From IMG/VR virus record IMGVR_UViG_3300029951_000027: DNA of 63,689 nucleotides, one strand, 5' to 3'. The DNA comes from a virus. The translations under genes and the position numbers were made by a program. This document shows, in pieces, positions 8,871-17,179 of this stretch. Position 1 is the first letter of the stretch. Every line of letters begins with the position of its first letter. The notes under the pieces are model-generated. The model was given only the letters and a program-made list of their open reading frames with translations. It made no database searches and was not told the DNA's origin.

Positions 8871-9620
8871 ATGGGCGTCGTAATCAACTTCGACAGTACG
8901 TCTGTCGTCCCGTCGACTGGCGTCATGGACGCCATGCCTGCCGGCTGGTATATCGCGGCAATGGATCAGTCCGATTCCAAGCCCACCAAGGACGGCAGCG
9001 GCATGTATCTCGAGCTGCGCTTCGACATTCTCGACGGCCAGTACAAGGGCCGCAAGGTGTTCGCGCGTCTAAACGTGAAGAACAACAATCCGCAGGCGGT
9101 CGAGATTGCATACAAGGATCTCGCCGCCATCTGCCATGCTGTCGGCGCTGTCGGGCTGGTGCAGTCTACCGACATGCTGCACGGCCGCCCGCTGAAGCTG
9201 AAGCTCAAGGTTCGCCCGGCAACCGGCGAGTACGAAGCGAACAACGAGATCTCCGCGTATCGCAACGTCAATGACCAGACGGCTGTCAATGGCGCTGCTG
9301 CGGCCGGTCAGGCTGTCAACCCCGGCATGCCTGCCAACTTCCCGCCCCCGGCACAGACGGGCAACTGGGCACCCGCACAGGGCGGCCAGCCGGCCCCGCA
9401 GCAAGGCTATGCGCCCCCGCAGCAACCGGCTCAAGGGCAACCCAGCTACCAGCCGCCGCAACAGCCCCAGCAGCCCGCCCAGGGTCAGCAGTGGCAACAG
9501 CCCCAGGGCGGCCAGCCGTGGCAGCCCCCGCAGCAACCGGTCCAACAGCCGCAACAGCAGTTCGCACAGCCGCAACCCGGCGGCAACCCGGCCGCGAACC
9601 AGCCGCCGCCCTGGGGCTGA
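8871..9620 (+). CDS. DUF669-type (SSB-like) protein with Gln/Pro-rich C-terminal tail
   Basis: GGAG lies upstream. The N-terminal ~140 aa resemble the DUF669 family, and the C-terminal ~100 aa are QQP/QPQ low complexity. Confidence 0.6.
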   Translation: MGVVINFDSTSVVPSTGVMDAMPAGWYIAAMDQSDSKPTKDGSGMYLELRFDILDGQYKGRKVFARLNVKNNNPQAVEIAYKDLAAICHAVGAVGLVQSTDMLHGRPLKLKLKVRPATGEYEANNEISAYRNVNDQTAVNGAAAAGQAVNPGMPANFPPPAQTGNWAPAQGGQPAPQQGYAPPQQPAQGQPSYQPPQQPQQPAQGQQWQQPQGGQPWQPPQQPVQQPQQQFAQPQPGGNPAANQPPPWG

Positions 9621-9674
9621 CGCCGTGCTACCCGGCTTCGGCCGGGTTCTTTCCTCAACTTTAAGGAGTCCAAC

Positions 9675-9968
9675 ATGGACGAGCAAGATCCGAACGCTGG
9701 CAAGGGCCAGGAAGACACGCAGAGCAAGAACGAACCGAAGGGCGGCACCATCGTTGACAAGACGCTGGCCGACATCAAGGCCGATGCGGACAAGCTGGCC
9801 GGTACCGTCGAGTCCGACGGCAAGGATGCGGCGAACGCCGTCGAAACCAAGGTGCGTCACGCCGGCCACGATGTGCTGGACGAGATGGAGCAACACCTGA
9901 GCCAGTTCGGTCACTACGAAGTGGCCGTGTATCACGGGTTCCTGCAACGCCTGCGCAACCTGCTGTAA
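9675..9968 (+). CDS. hypothetical acidic protein
   Basis: 97-aa ORF with AAGGAG upstream. Confidence 0.55.
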   Translation: MDEQDPNAGKGQEDTQSKNEPKGGTIVDKTLADIKADADKLAGTVESDGKDAANAVETKVRHAGHDVLDEMEQHLSQFGHYEVAVYHGFLQRLRNLL

Positions 9969-10041
9969 GTCGGCCGCGTCAGCGTTCGAACGTGCCGGGG
10001 CCTTGCGCCCCGAATTCATCTGTACTTCGAAAGACATCAAC

Positions 10042-10668
10042 ATGAAGTTTCACGAATACCAGCCGCTTGCCATGCGCACGGCCAAGATGTTTCCGTCTCT
10101 GGAAATGAACCTGATCCACGCTGCGCTGGGCATCGGCAGCGAGATCGGCGAACTGGCCGAGACGGTCAACGGCATCTGGATGGATCTCGAGACCGCCACC
10201 CATTCGGGTACTGGCGGCCTGTCCAACATCCAGGAAGAGATCGGCGACGCCGCGTGGTACGCACAGCTCGCGTGCGCGCACCTGGGCTGGCAGTTCCACG
10301 AGCTGATCGTGTGGGACCAGCAGGCCATCCGCGACCTCAGCTACCCGCTGTTCAAGGCATCCAGCACCCGCAGCCCCGTCGCCGTGCACGAGTGCGCCGT
10401 CGCATTCAGCGGCGAGATCCTCACGATCATCAAGGCAAATGCAATCTACAGCAAGACGCTCAACGAGGAGAAGCTGAAGCAGAACCTCGCGCTGTTCATC
10501 ACGTCGCTGGCCTACCTGAGCGAGATCTACGAGGTCAAGTTCGAGGCCGCACTCGAGCACAACATCGACAAGCTCCGCAAGCGCTACCCGAACAAGTATA
10601 GCGACGCCGACGCGCTGGCACGCGCCGACAAGGCGGCCGAAGACTTCAACAAGGCCACGCCCACGTGA
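10042..10668 (+). CDS. mazG: MazG-like nucleoside triphosphate pyrophosphohydrolase
   Basis: The acidic motifs SEIGELAE and EEIGDAAWY, with C-terminal LEHNIDKLRKRY, are typical of the all-alpha NTP-PPase family. The start was set at ATG 10042. Confidence 0.7.
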   Translation: MKFHEYQPLAMRTAKMFPSLEMNLIHAALGIGSEIGELAETVNGIWMDLETATHSGTGGLSNIQEEIGDAAWYAQLACAHLGWQFHELIVWDQQAIRDLSYPLFKASSTRSPVAVHECAVAFSGEILTIIKANAIYSKTLNEEKLKQNLALFITSLAYLSEIYEVKFEAALEHNIDKLRKRYPNKYSDADALARADKAAEDFNKATPT

Positions 10669-10856
10669 GCGTCGACGATCGGGCCGACCAAGAGGTCAAC
10701 GGCCCTGTCCTCGCTTCACAAATAGCCGCAGCGCAAAAACGTGCTGCGGCTATTCCTGCCGGTACACCCGGCGAATGCGAGCACTGCGATGAACCGTCGC
10801 TGCGTCTCGTCAACAAGGCGTGTGCACGATGTCGAGATCGTTTGCATTTGCCCTAA
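10665..10856 (+). CDS. TraR/DksA-type C4 zinc-finger protein
   Basis: CEHC...CARC cysteine pairs occur in a 63-aa protein. There is a GTGA overlap with the mazG stop. Confidence 0.6.
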   Translation: MSVDDRADQEVNGPVLASQIAAAQKRAAAIPAGTPGECEHCDEPSLRLVNKACARCRDRLHLP

Positions 10857-11083
10857 TCGCAGTGTGCGCGTATACGTACGCGCTGCTAGAATTAGGGTTC
10901 GCTGTCGGGCAGTGGAAGCAACGGCTCGCTGAGCCTGTGCCGGCCGCTTGCCCGGCACCCAAGACCGAACCCGAACGCTGCATGGCGTTCTGGTTCGGCA
11001 GAGATTCCGTGCGCGACAAGGATTCGTTGCGCCGTCAAGTATGTGGTCAGGACTCCCGTGACAGCCATCCGCCTCGCAAATAA
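10829..11083 (+). CDS. possible small membrane protein
   Basis: ATG 10829 opens with a hydrophobic N-terminus (SFAFALIAVCAYTYALLELGFAV). It overlaps both neighbours, so it is uncertain. Confidence 0.3.
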   Translation: MSRSFAFALIAVCAYTYALLELGFAVGQWKQRLAEPVPAACPAPKTEPERCMAFWFGRDSVRDKDSLRRQVCGQDSRDSHPPRK

Positions 11084-12026
11084 CACCCTCGCCGCTATCG
11101 AAGCGGCGCTCGTAGCCGACCAAGGCGCTAAGTTTCGCGGTCTTGAAGGCAAGGTGTTTCCACACATGTCGGACGCCTACCGTGACGAACCGGAAGAAGG
11201 TTTTCGGTCACACCTGGGCGCCTCACTGCTGGGCGGCGAATGCGCGCGCGACCTGTGGTACGGGTTCCACTGGTACCACAAGGGCAAGTTCAACGGCAAG
11301 ACGCTTCGGTTATTCAACCGTGGACATCTTGAAGAAGCCCGGTTCATTGCGTTGCTTCTTATGATCGGGGTGCAAGTCTACCAGCAGGATGCCGAAGGTA
11401 AGCAGTACCGCATCAGCGAGCTAGGCGGCCACCTGGGCGGCAGCGGCGACGGCGTGGGCATCGGCGTACCCGACAACCCTGGCGGCCCCAGCTTGCTTGA
11501 GTTCAAGACGCACGGTGAAACGTCGTTTGATGAACTCGCTGGCAAATCCTGGCGCAAGGTACACGCCGGCCTATGCGACCCGCGCGAACCGCAACTGCCC
11601 TTCGACGGCAAAGGCGTGCGCGCCGCCAAGTTCGAACACTTTGTGCAGATGCAGACGTACATGCGCAAGATGGGCATCATGTGCGGGCTGTACATGGCCG
11701 TCAACAAGAACACCGACGACATCTACGCTGAGATCGTTCTGCTCGATGCCGACTTCGCTGACCAGTTCTTGCAGCGTGGGCGGCAGGTGATCATGATGGC
11801 CGATCCGCCTAAGAAGCTGAGTGAGTCACCGGGCTGGTACGGGTGTAAGTGGTGTAACCACAAGCCAGTCTGCCACCTGAAGGCGGTGCCGGAAGTGAAC
11901 TGCCGGACGTGCCGGTTCAGCGAACCCGTTGCCGACGGCACCTGGGTGTGCGTCAATCCGGTGGCACCCGGCCCGATTAACAAGGCTACCCAGCTCAAGG
12001 GGTGCAGCCACTACGAGGTGCGTTGA
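11043..12026 (+). CDS. Cas4/RecB-family PD-(D/E)XK exonuclease with 4-Cys cluster
   Basis: An N-terminal Cys (GGECARD), an ExK motif (LLEFKTHG) and C-terminal CKWCNHKPVC (C-x2-C-x5-C) are present. The start is uncertain: GTG 11043 or ATG 11166. Confidence 0.65.
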   Translation: MVRTPVTAIRLANNTLAAIEAALVADQGAKFRGLEGKVFPHMSDAYRDEPEEGFRSHLGASLLGGECARDLWYGFHWYHKGKFNGKTLRLFNRGHLEEARFIALLLMIGVQVYQQDAEGKQYRISELGGHLGGSGDGVGIGVPDNPGGPSLLEFKTHGETSFDELAGKSWRKVHAGLCDPREPQLPFDGKGVRAAKFEHFVQMQTYMRKMGIMCGLYMAVNKNTDDIYAEIVLLDADFADQFLQRGRQVIMMADPPKKLSESPGWYGCKWCNHKPVCHLKAVPEVNCRTCRFSEPVADGTWVCVNPVAPGPINKATQLKGCSHYEVR

Positions 12027-13753
12027 TGGGACTAACTAAGGTTCCGCGCAACTATCAAGTTGCGGCGCATGACTCGATCTATGCCTATTTTCGGGAGAAA
12101 AAAGGTAATCCCGTGATTGCGCTGCCCACGGGCACGGGCAAGGCGCTGGTCATTGCCATGTTTTTGATGTCTGTGCTGCGCCAGTGGGCCAGCCAACGCA
12201 TTTTAGTGCTGACGCACGTGAAAGAATTGGTCGCCCAAAACCATGCGGAACTAAAGGAACTATGGCCCGAGGCCCCGGCCGGTATCTTCAGTGCCGGCCT
12301 CGGCAAGAAAGAGACGTACTACCCTATCACATTCGCCGGCATTGCTTCGATTGTGAAGATGCTGCACTTGTTCGGGCGCATTGATCTCATCATCATTGAC
12401 GAAGCACACCTCGTCAATCCTACCGAAGAGACGATGTACAAGGCACTCATTGAAGAGCTGCTGCTACGCAACCCGGCGCTGAAGGTGATTGGCCTGACGG
12501 CAACCCCGTACCGGCTGGGGCATGGGAAGATTACCGAAGACGGCATTTTCACAGATGTCTGCTTCGACATGACAACCATGAAGGCATTCAACTGGTTGCT
12601 TGAACAAGGCTTCCTTGCGCCGCTGGTGCCGAAGCAGATGAAGGCGCTGATCGACACCGATGGCGTGGGCCTGATTGCTGGCGAGTTCAACAAGGCGAAG
12701 CTTGAACTTGCGGTAAACAAAGACGAGGTGACAGAAGCTGCACTGCGCGAGTGCATGGAGCACGGGCACGACCGCAAGCACTGGCTAATCTTTGCCAGCG
12801 GCATCGAACACGCGCACAAGATTGCAGATATGCTAAACTTGATGGACGTCTCCACCGTTTGCGTGCACAGCAATACCAAAGCGTTCCCCATGTCGGACAC
12901 GCAGCGGGACGACAACATTAAAGCCTTCAAGGCCGGGGCTGTGCGGTGTGTGGTCAATAACAATGTGCTCACAACCGGTTTCAACTACCCTGCCATCGAC
13001 ATGATTGTCATGCTGCGGCCCACCATGTCGACTGTGCTGTGGGTGCAGATGCTGGGGCGGGGGACACGCCCCTGGGAAGGAAAGGAAGACTGCCTTGTGC
13101 TCGACTTCGCGCGAAACAGTCTGCGCCTTGGGCCTATCAACGACCCCGTCATCCCGCGCAAGAAGGGCGAAGGCACTGGCGAAGCTCCAGTCAAGCTGTG
13201 CCCTTCGTGTGAGACATATGTCCACGCAACACTCAAGATCTGCCCCGAGTGCAAGCACGAATTCATCTTCATGCACAAGCTCGACCAGACGGCGGGCACG
13301 GCCGAACTCATCAAGGTTGATCTGCCGATCACCGAAGTGTTTCCGGTTGACCATATGACATTTAGCATCCACATGAAGGCTGGGGCGCCGGAGATGCTGA
13401 AGGTGTCATACTACAGCGGGTTGACGAAGGCGTTCTACGATTACGTGTGCATCGAACATCAAGGCTATGCGCGTAAGAAGGCCGAGAAATGGTGGAAGCA
13501 GCGTTCGCATGAAAGCGAACAGGTGCCCAGCAAGACGCGCGAAGCGATCGAACTTGCCAGCGGGCTAAGACCGCCGACGCACTTGCGGGTGTGGATCAAC
13601 AAGAAATATCCTGAGATCATGGAATACTGCTTCGACGGCACGGCGTTCGGCACGCAGCTAGACGACGGCAAGGTGGTTGACATAGTGGTACCGAACGCTG
13701 CACCGGCACCGCAGGTGCCCAGCAACTTGATGGATGACGATATTCCATTCTAG
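12026..13753 (+). CDS. SF2 DEAD/DEAH-box helicase ending in an SSB-like DDDIPF tip
   Basis: Motif I is LPTGTGKA, motif II DEAH, motif III GLTATP and motif VI QMLGRGTR. A Cys4 ribbon CPSC...CPEC is present and the C-terminus is NLMDDDIPF. The ATG overlaps the upstream stop. Confidence 0.8.
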   Translation: MGLTKVPRNYQVAAHDSIYAYFREKKGNPVIALPTGTGKALVIAMFLMSVLRQWASQRILVLTHVKELVAQNHAELKELWPEAPAGIFSAGLGKKETYYPITFAGIASIVKMLHLFGRIDLIIIDEAHLVNPTEETMYKALIEELLLRNPALKVIGLTATPYRLGHGKITEDGIFTDVCFDMTTMKAFNWLLEQGFLAPLVPKQMKALIDTDGVGLIAGEFNKAKLELAVNKDEVTEAALRECMEHGHDRKHWLIFASGIEHAHKIADMLNLMDVSTVCVHSNTKAFPMSDTQRDDNIKAFKAGAVRCVVNNNVLTTGFNYPAIDMIVMLRPTMSTVLWVQMLGRGTRPWEGKEDCLVLDFARNSLRLGPINDPVIPRKKGEGTGEAPVKLCPSCETYVHATLKICPECKHEFIFMHKLDQTAGTAELIKVDLPITEVFPVDHMTFSIHMKAGAPEMLKVSYYSGLTKAFYDYVCIEHQGYARKKAEKWWKQRSHESEQVPSKTREAIELASGLRPPTHLRVWINKKYPEIMEYCFDGTAFGTQLDDGKVVDIVVPNAAPAPQVPSNLMDDDIPF

Positions 13754-13873
13754 GTAGACGGGATGTAACAAGTTGTAATATCGGCTTGTGTGGTTGTCAA
13801 GAGCTCTATACAGTGCAACTCATCCGGCTGCAACCGCTGCCGGTGTAACCCGCCAATCACTGGAGTACCCACC

Positions 13874-14776
13874 ATGCAAGCTCAAGCGCAAACCCTGATT
13901 CATCCGGTCATCCACTTCAAGCCGCAAGCCAAGTCGAACGCCAAGCGTTTTCTGGTCAAGACCAGCAAGGTCGCCGAAGACGATGTGCCGCTGTACCTGA
14001 CGCAAGTCGACGGCGAATGGGGCACGTACACCAACGAGGCCGGCGAGCCGATCAAGATCGACAAGCTGGCGGGTGCCGTGGATCGTTCGATCATGCGCGA
14101 AATCGAGGCACACGTTTCGCCTGCGCAGGCTGCCGCCGAAGCGCGGGTCAATGCCCCGGCAATCACTACAGCTGACACGCCGGTCACCGTGCAAGCGGCT
14201 ACCGAAGGCGTCGAGCACGCCATCCCCGACGCGCCGGCTGCCATGGGCGGCTTCAGCGTGTTCAGCGCCCTCGGTGGCGCCCCCGTGCCCGCCGCTGCCA
14301 CGGCTGCCAGCACCGTCGTGCGCGACGGCAAGGTGGTCGACCCCGACGCCCCTGCCGAACGCACCGACAAGGCTGTGCAAGCCGGCGATACGTGCCCGCT
14401 GTGCGGTGCCGACCACGCCAAGCAAACCGCCGCCAACGAGGGCGTGAGCCAGACCTGCGGCGGCTGCGGCAAGACCTACAGCATGGCGACGGGCCGCGAG
14501 GTGCGCATCGGCTACAAGCGCGATGACGTCAATCGCGGCTACACCATCGAAAAGAACCGCGCCGAGCAAAACGGCGTGAAGCGACCGAGCGCAGGCACCC
14601 TGTGCGGCCAAGTGTGGGCCGCCCTGGACGCGGTGCACGCCACGCACATGCCGGTCGCCGCCGATCTCGACACCATCGCCACGGTCAACAACTGGAACCG
14701 GAACAACGTGTCGTGCGAGTTCTACCAGTGGCGCAAGTTTATGGGCATCAAGGGTCGCCAAGTCCGCGCCAAGTAA
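13874..14776 (+). CDS. hypothetical protein with Zn-ribbon and shared C-terminal module
   Basis: ATG 13874 follows GGAG. CPLCG...CGGCG is present, and the C-terminal QNGVKRPSAGTLCGQVWAALD...EFYQWRKFMG is paralogous to 15664..16323 and 24186..24506. Confidence 0.6.
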   Translation: MQAQAQTLIHPVIHFKPQAKSNAKRFLVKTSKVAEDDVPLYLTQVDGEWGTYTNEAGEPIKIDKLAGAVDRSIMREIEAHVSPAQAAAEARVNAPAITTADTPVTVQAATEGVEHAIPDAPAAMGGFSVFSALGGAPVPAAATAASTVVRDGKVVDPDAPAERTDKAVQAGDTCPLCGADHAKQTAANEGVSQTCGGCGKTYSMATGREVRIGYKRDDVNRGYTIEKNRAEQNGVKRPSAGTLCGQVWAALDAVHATHMPVAADLDTIATVNNWNRNNVSCEFYQWRKFMGIKGRQVRAK

Positions 14777-14857
14777 ACTACGAAATTGGCCGGGCAACCG
14801 GCTTCGCGCTGCACCGACCCGTGCAAGCGGACAAACTGAAGATCACGAGGTGACCAT

Positions 14858-15571
14858 ATGCACGTCCTCATCGACCTTACCAACATGCGCTTCGTATACG
14901 CGCACGAGAACCAGCGGCTGCTGTCGAGCCTCTGCCACATCGAGCTCAACGAGTGCGCTACCCTGCTGGGCGAAGGCTGCTCGCAGTACACCTATGCTCG
15001 CTTCACTGACCTCGAGCTCAAACTGCTGTACCGCAACACGTTCGGCGTCGACAGCATCTTCGGACGCGGCGGCACCATCCAAGTCATCATGGACAACGTG
15101 CCCGACCTGCCGCAAGTCGATGCCGATCCGTACGAAGCCTTGATGCAAGCCGATAGCATTGCGGACAATGACGACTGGCATTACCGATACCTCAAGGGAA
15201 GCATGAAGCCCCAGATGCTGGAAGAAGCGTTCACGTACGTGCCGCTGCGCATGAAGCACATCCCAACGCAGGCCCCCAAGCCAGCGGCAAGCCCTGTGGC
15301 AGCCCCGCCAGCGGGCGATCGCCCTGCCGTCGGTACCGTACCAGCACCCCGGCCGGCTGCGGCCCCCAGCGCGCCGCGCCAGGGCGGCACCACTGCCATT
15401 ATTTGGCAGGTTGCCGACGCCATGTGGGAAGCTGCTGGTAAGCCGACCGCACTGCCGACCGTGCTGGCGCTGCGCAAGACCATGATGTCGGAGCTTGAGG
15501 CCAAGCACAACGTCAAGAAAACAACGTCGTCAACCTCGCTGGGCAACTGGCAAAAAGCCCGTCTGCCTTGA
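14858..15571 (+). CDS. hypothetical protein (divergent copy of the shared C-terminal module)
   Basis: 237 aa with GAGG upstream. The C-terminal IIWQVADAMWEAAGKP...LGNWQKARL weakly resembles the module. Confidence 0.6.
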   Translation: MHVLIDLTNMRFVYAHENQRLLSSLCHIELNECATLLGEGCSQYTYARFTDLELKLLYRNTFGVDSIFGRGGTIQVIMDNVPDLPQVDADPYEALMQADSIADNDDWHYRYLKGSMKPQMLEEAFTYVPLRMKHIPTQAPKPAASPVAAPPAGDRPAVGTVPAPRPAAAPSAPRQGGTTAIIWQVADAMWEAAGKPTALPTVLALRKTMMSELEAKHNVKKTTSSTSLGNWQKARLP

Positions 15572-15663
15572 TGGAAGAAAGGGGTTGCCCACTCTGAGGC
15601 CAACCCCTAAAGTACGAGTCCTGCATTCAACCGACGCAGCAACGTCACAACCGAAGGAACACC

Positions 15664-16323
15664 ATGAACCACCCGCAACACGCGCAGGCCGCTGCGCCGG
15701 CTTCGCAGCCGATCCCCGAACAACTGGCCGCCCAGAAGGCCGCAGCCGACGCGCAAGCCAAGGCCGATGCGGCTGCCGCGAAGCAGGCCGAGAAGGACGC
15801 CAAGGCGAAGGAGAAGGCCGAGAAGGCTGCCGCTGCCAAGGCCGAAAAGGAAGCCGCTGCCACCAAGAAGGCCGCCGACGCGCAAGCCGCAAAGGACGCC
15901 AAAGCTGCGGAAGCCAAGGCGAAGGCAGACGAGATCGCGAAGAAGAAGGCTGACGCCGAAGCCGCCAAGAAGGCCAAGGAAGATGAGAAGGCCGCCAAGG
16001 CGCAGAAGAAGATCGACGACGCGGCTGCGGCCAAGGCCGCCAAGGAAGCGGCGCGCCAGCCCGAGCAGAACGGTGTCCGCCGGCCGGGTCCCGAGGGCCT
16101 GTGCGGCAAGGCGTGGGCCGTGTTCGACGCCGAGTCGAAGCGCCTGGGCCAGCCGGTCACCATCGGTGACGCGCTGAAGGTCGGCGAACCGCAGAGCCTC
16201 AACGCGGGCAACATGCGCACCGAATACGCGCGCTGGAAGAAGTTCCATGGCCTGACCGGCGCGGTCGCCAAGCCCGCTGCCGCCCCGGTGCCGGCTCCGG
16301 CTGCTCAAGGCGCCACGGCCTAA
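15664..16323 (+). CDS. Ala/Lys/Glu-rich histone-H1-like protein with shared C-terminal module
   Basis: About 110 aa of AKKA/AEKA-type repeats are followed by QNGVRRPGPEGLCGKAWAVFD...EYARWKKFHG. Confidence 0.6.
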   Translation: MNHPQHAQAAAPASQPIPEQLAAQKAAADAQAKADAAAAKQAEKDAKAKEKAEKAAAAKAEKEAAATKKAADAQAAKDAKAAEAKAKADEIAKKKADAEAAKKAKEDEKAAKAQKKIDDAAAAKAAKEAARQPEQNGVRRPGPEGLCGKAWAVFDAESKRLGQPVTIGDALKVGEPQSLNAGNMRTEYARWKKFHGLTGAVAKPAAAPVPAPAAQGATA

Positions 16324-16356
16324 GAGCCTGCGGTACACTGGTACCGCGCAACAGGG

Positions 16357-16384
16357 CAAAGGCGCTTCGGCGCCTTTGTTTTTG
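16357..16384 (+). terminator. Rho-independent terminator
   Basis: The stem CAAAGGCGC-TTCG-GCGCCTTTG is followed by TTTTT. Confidence 0.6.
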
Positions 16385-16426
16385 ATTGCTCCGCAACCCG
16401 CCTCACGGCCACTTATCGGAGTCTGC

Positions 16427-17170
16427 ATGCAGCTGAACAGTCAGCCCATGGAACACATTGATGTCGCGTCGGGAGACGTACTTGATGTCCATTCTATCTT
16501 CTACACCCTGCAAGGTGAAGGCCCCTTCACCGGCCGCCCCGCAGTGTTCATTCGCTTGGCGGGCTGCAACTTGCAGTGTCCAGCCTGTGACACGGACTAC
16601 ACCAGCGGGCGTGAGAAGCGAAGCGTGACCAGCATCATTGCCGGCGTACACAACGCGGCACCCGACAGGGCAGCGCGACCACTTGTGGTCATCACGGGCG
16701 GCGAGCCTTTCCGTCAAAAGATCTACGGCCTGTGCCACGACCTTCTGCGCGAAGGCTACACGGTGCAAATCGAAACGAATGGCACGTTGCCGCCACCCAA
16801 CCCGGTATTCGGAGATCTCTGTTCGACCGACTTGACGGACGAGAACGTGATCTTCATCGTATGCAGCCCCAAGACGGGTCGCGTCAATCGATACCTGGAA
16901 CCACTGGTGGCCGCGTACAAGTACGTTCTCGATGCCGACAGCGTGAACGATGACGACGGTCTGCCGATTCTGGCCCTGGGCCACACGGCCCACCCGCACG
17001 TCGCCCGGCCGCCTGTTGGCTTCCTGGGGCCGGTGTACTTGCAGCCGGCCGACATGCAAGATGAGGCACTGAACAAGCGCAACCGTCAAGCCTGTGTCAT
17101 CCTCGCTATGAACGCACCGGACCGTTTCACGGTTCAGCTTCAGACACACAAGATCCTCAATCTCGAATAA
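16427..17170 (+). CDS. queE: 7-carboxy-7-deazaguanine synthase (radical SAM) QueE
   Basis: The CNLQCPACD (CxxxCxxC) and GGEP motifs are present. ATG 16427 follows GGAG. Confidence 0.85.
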   Translation: MQLNSQPMEHIDVASGDVLDVHSIFYTLQGEGPFTGRPAVFIRLAGCNLQCPACDTDYTSGREKRSVTSIIAGVHNAAPDRAARPLVVITGGEPFRQKIYGLCHDLLREGYTVQIETNGTLPPPNPVFGDLCSTDLTDENVIFIVCSPKTGRVNRYLEPLVAAYKYVLDADSVNDDDGLPILALGHTAHPHVARPPVGFLGPVYLQPADMQDEALNKRNRQACVILAMNAPDRFTVQLQTHKILNLE

Positions 17171-17179
17171 GGTCACCAC

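Noticed and set aside
15700-16050. Repetitive GCC/AAG-rich DNA that could be mistaken for a repeat array or CRISPR
   Set aside because: The repeats are irregular and are in frame within a single ORF encoding Ala/Lys/Glu low-complexity protein. There is no repeat-spacer periodicity. The same applies to 9330..9600 (Gln/Pro) and 45200..45600 (Lys/Glu scaffold region).
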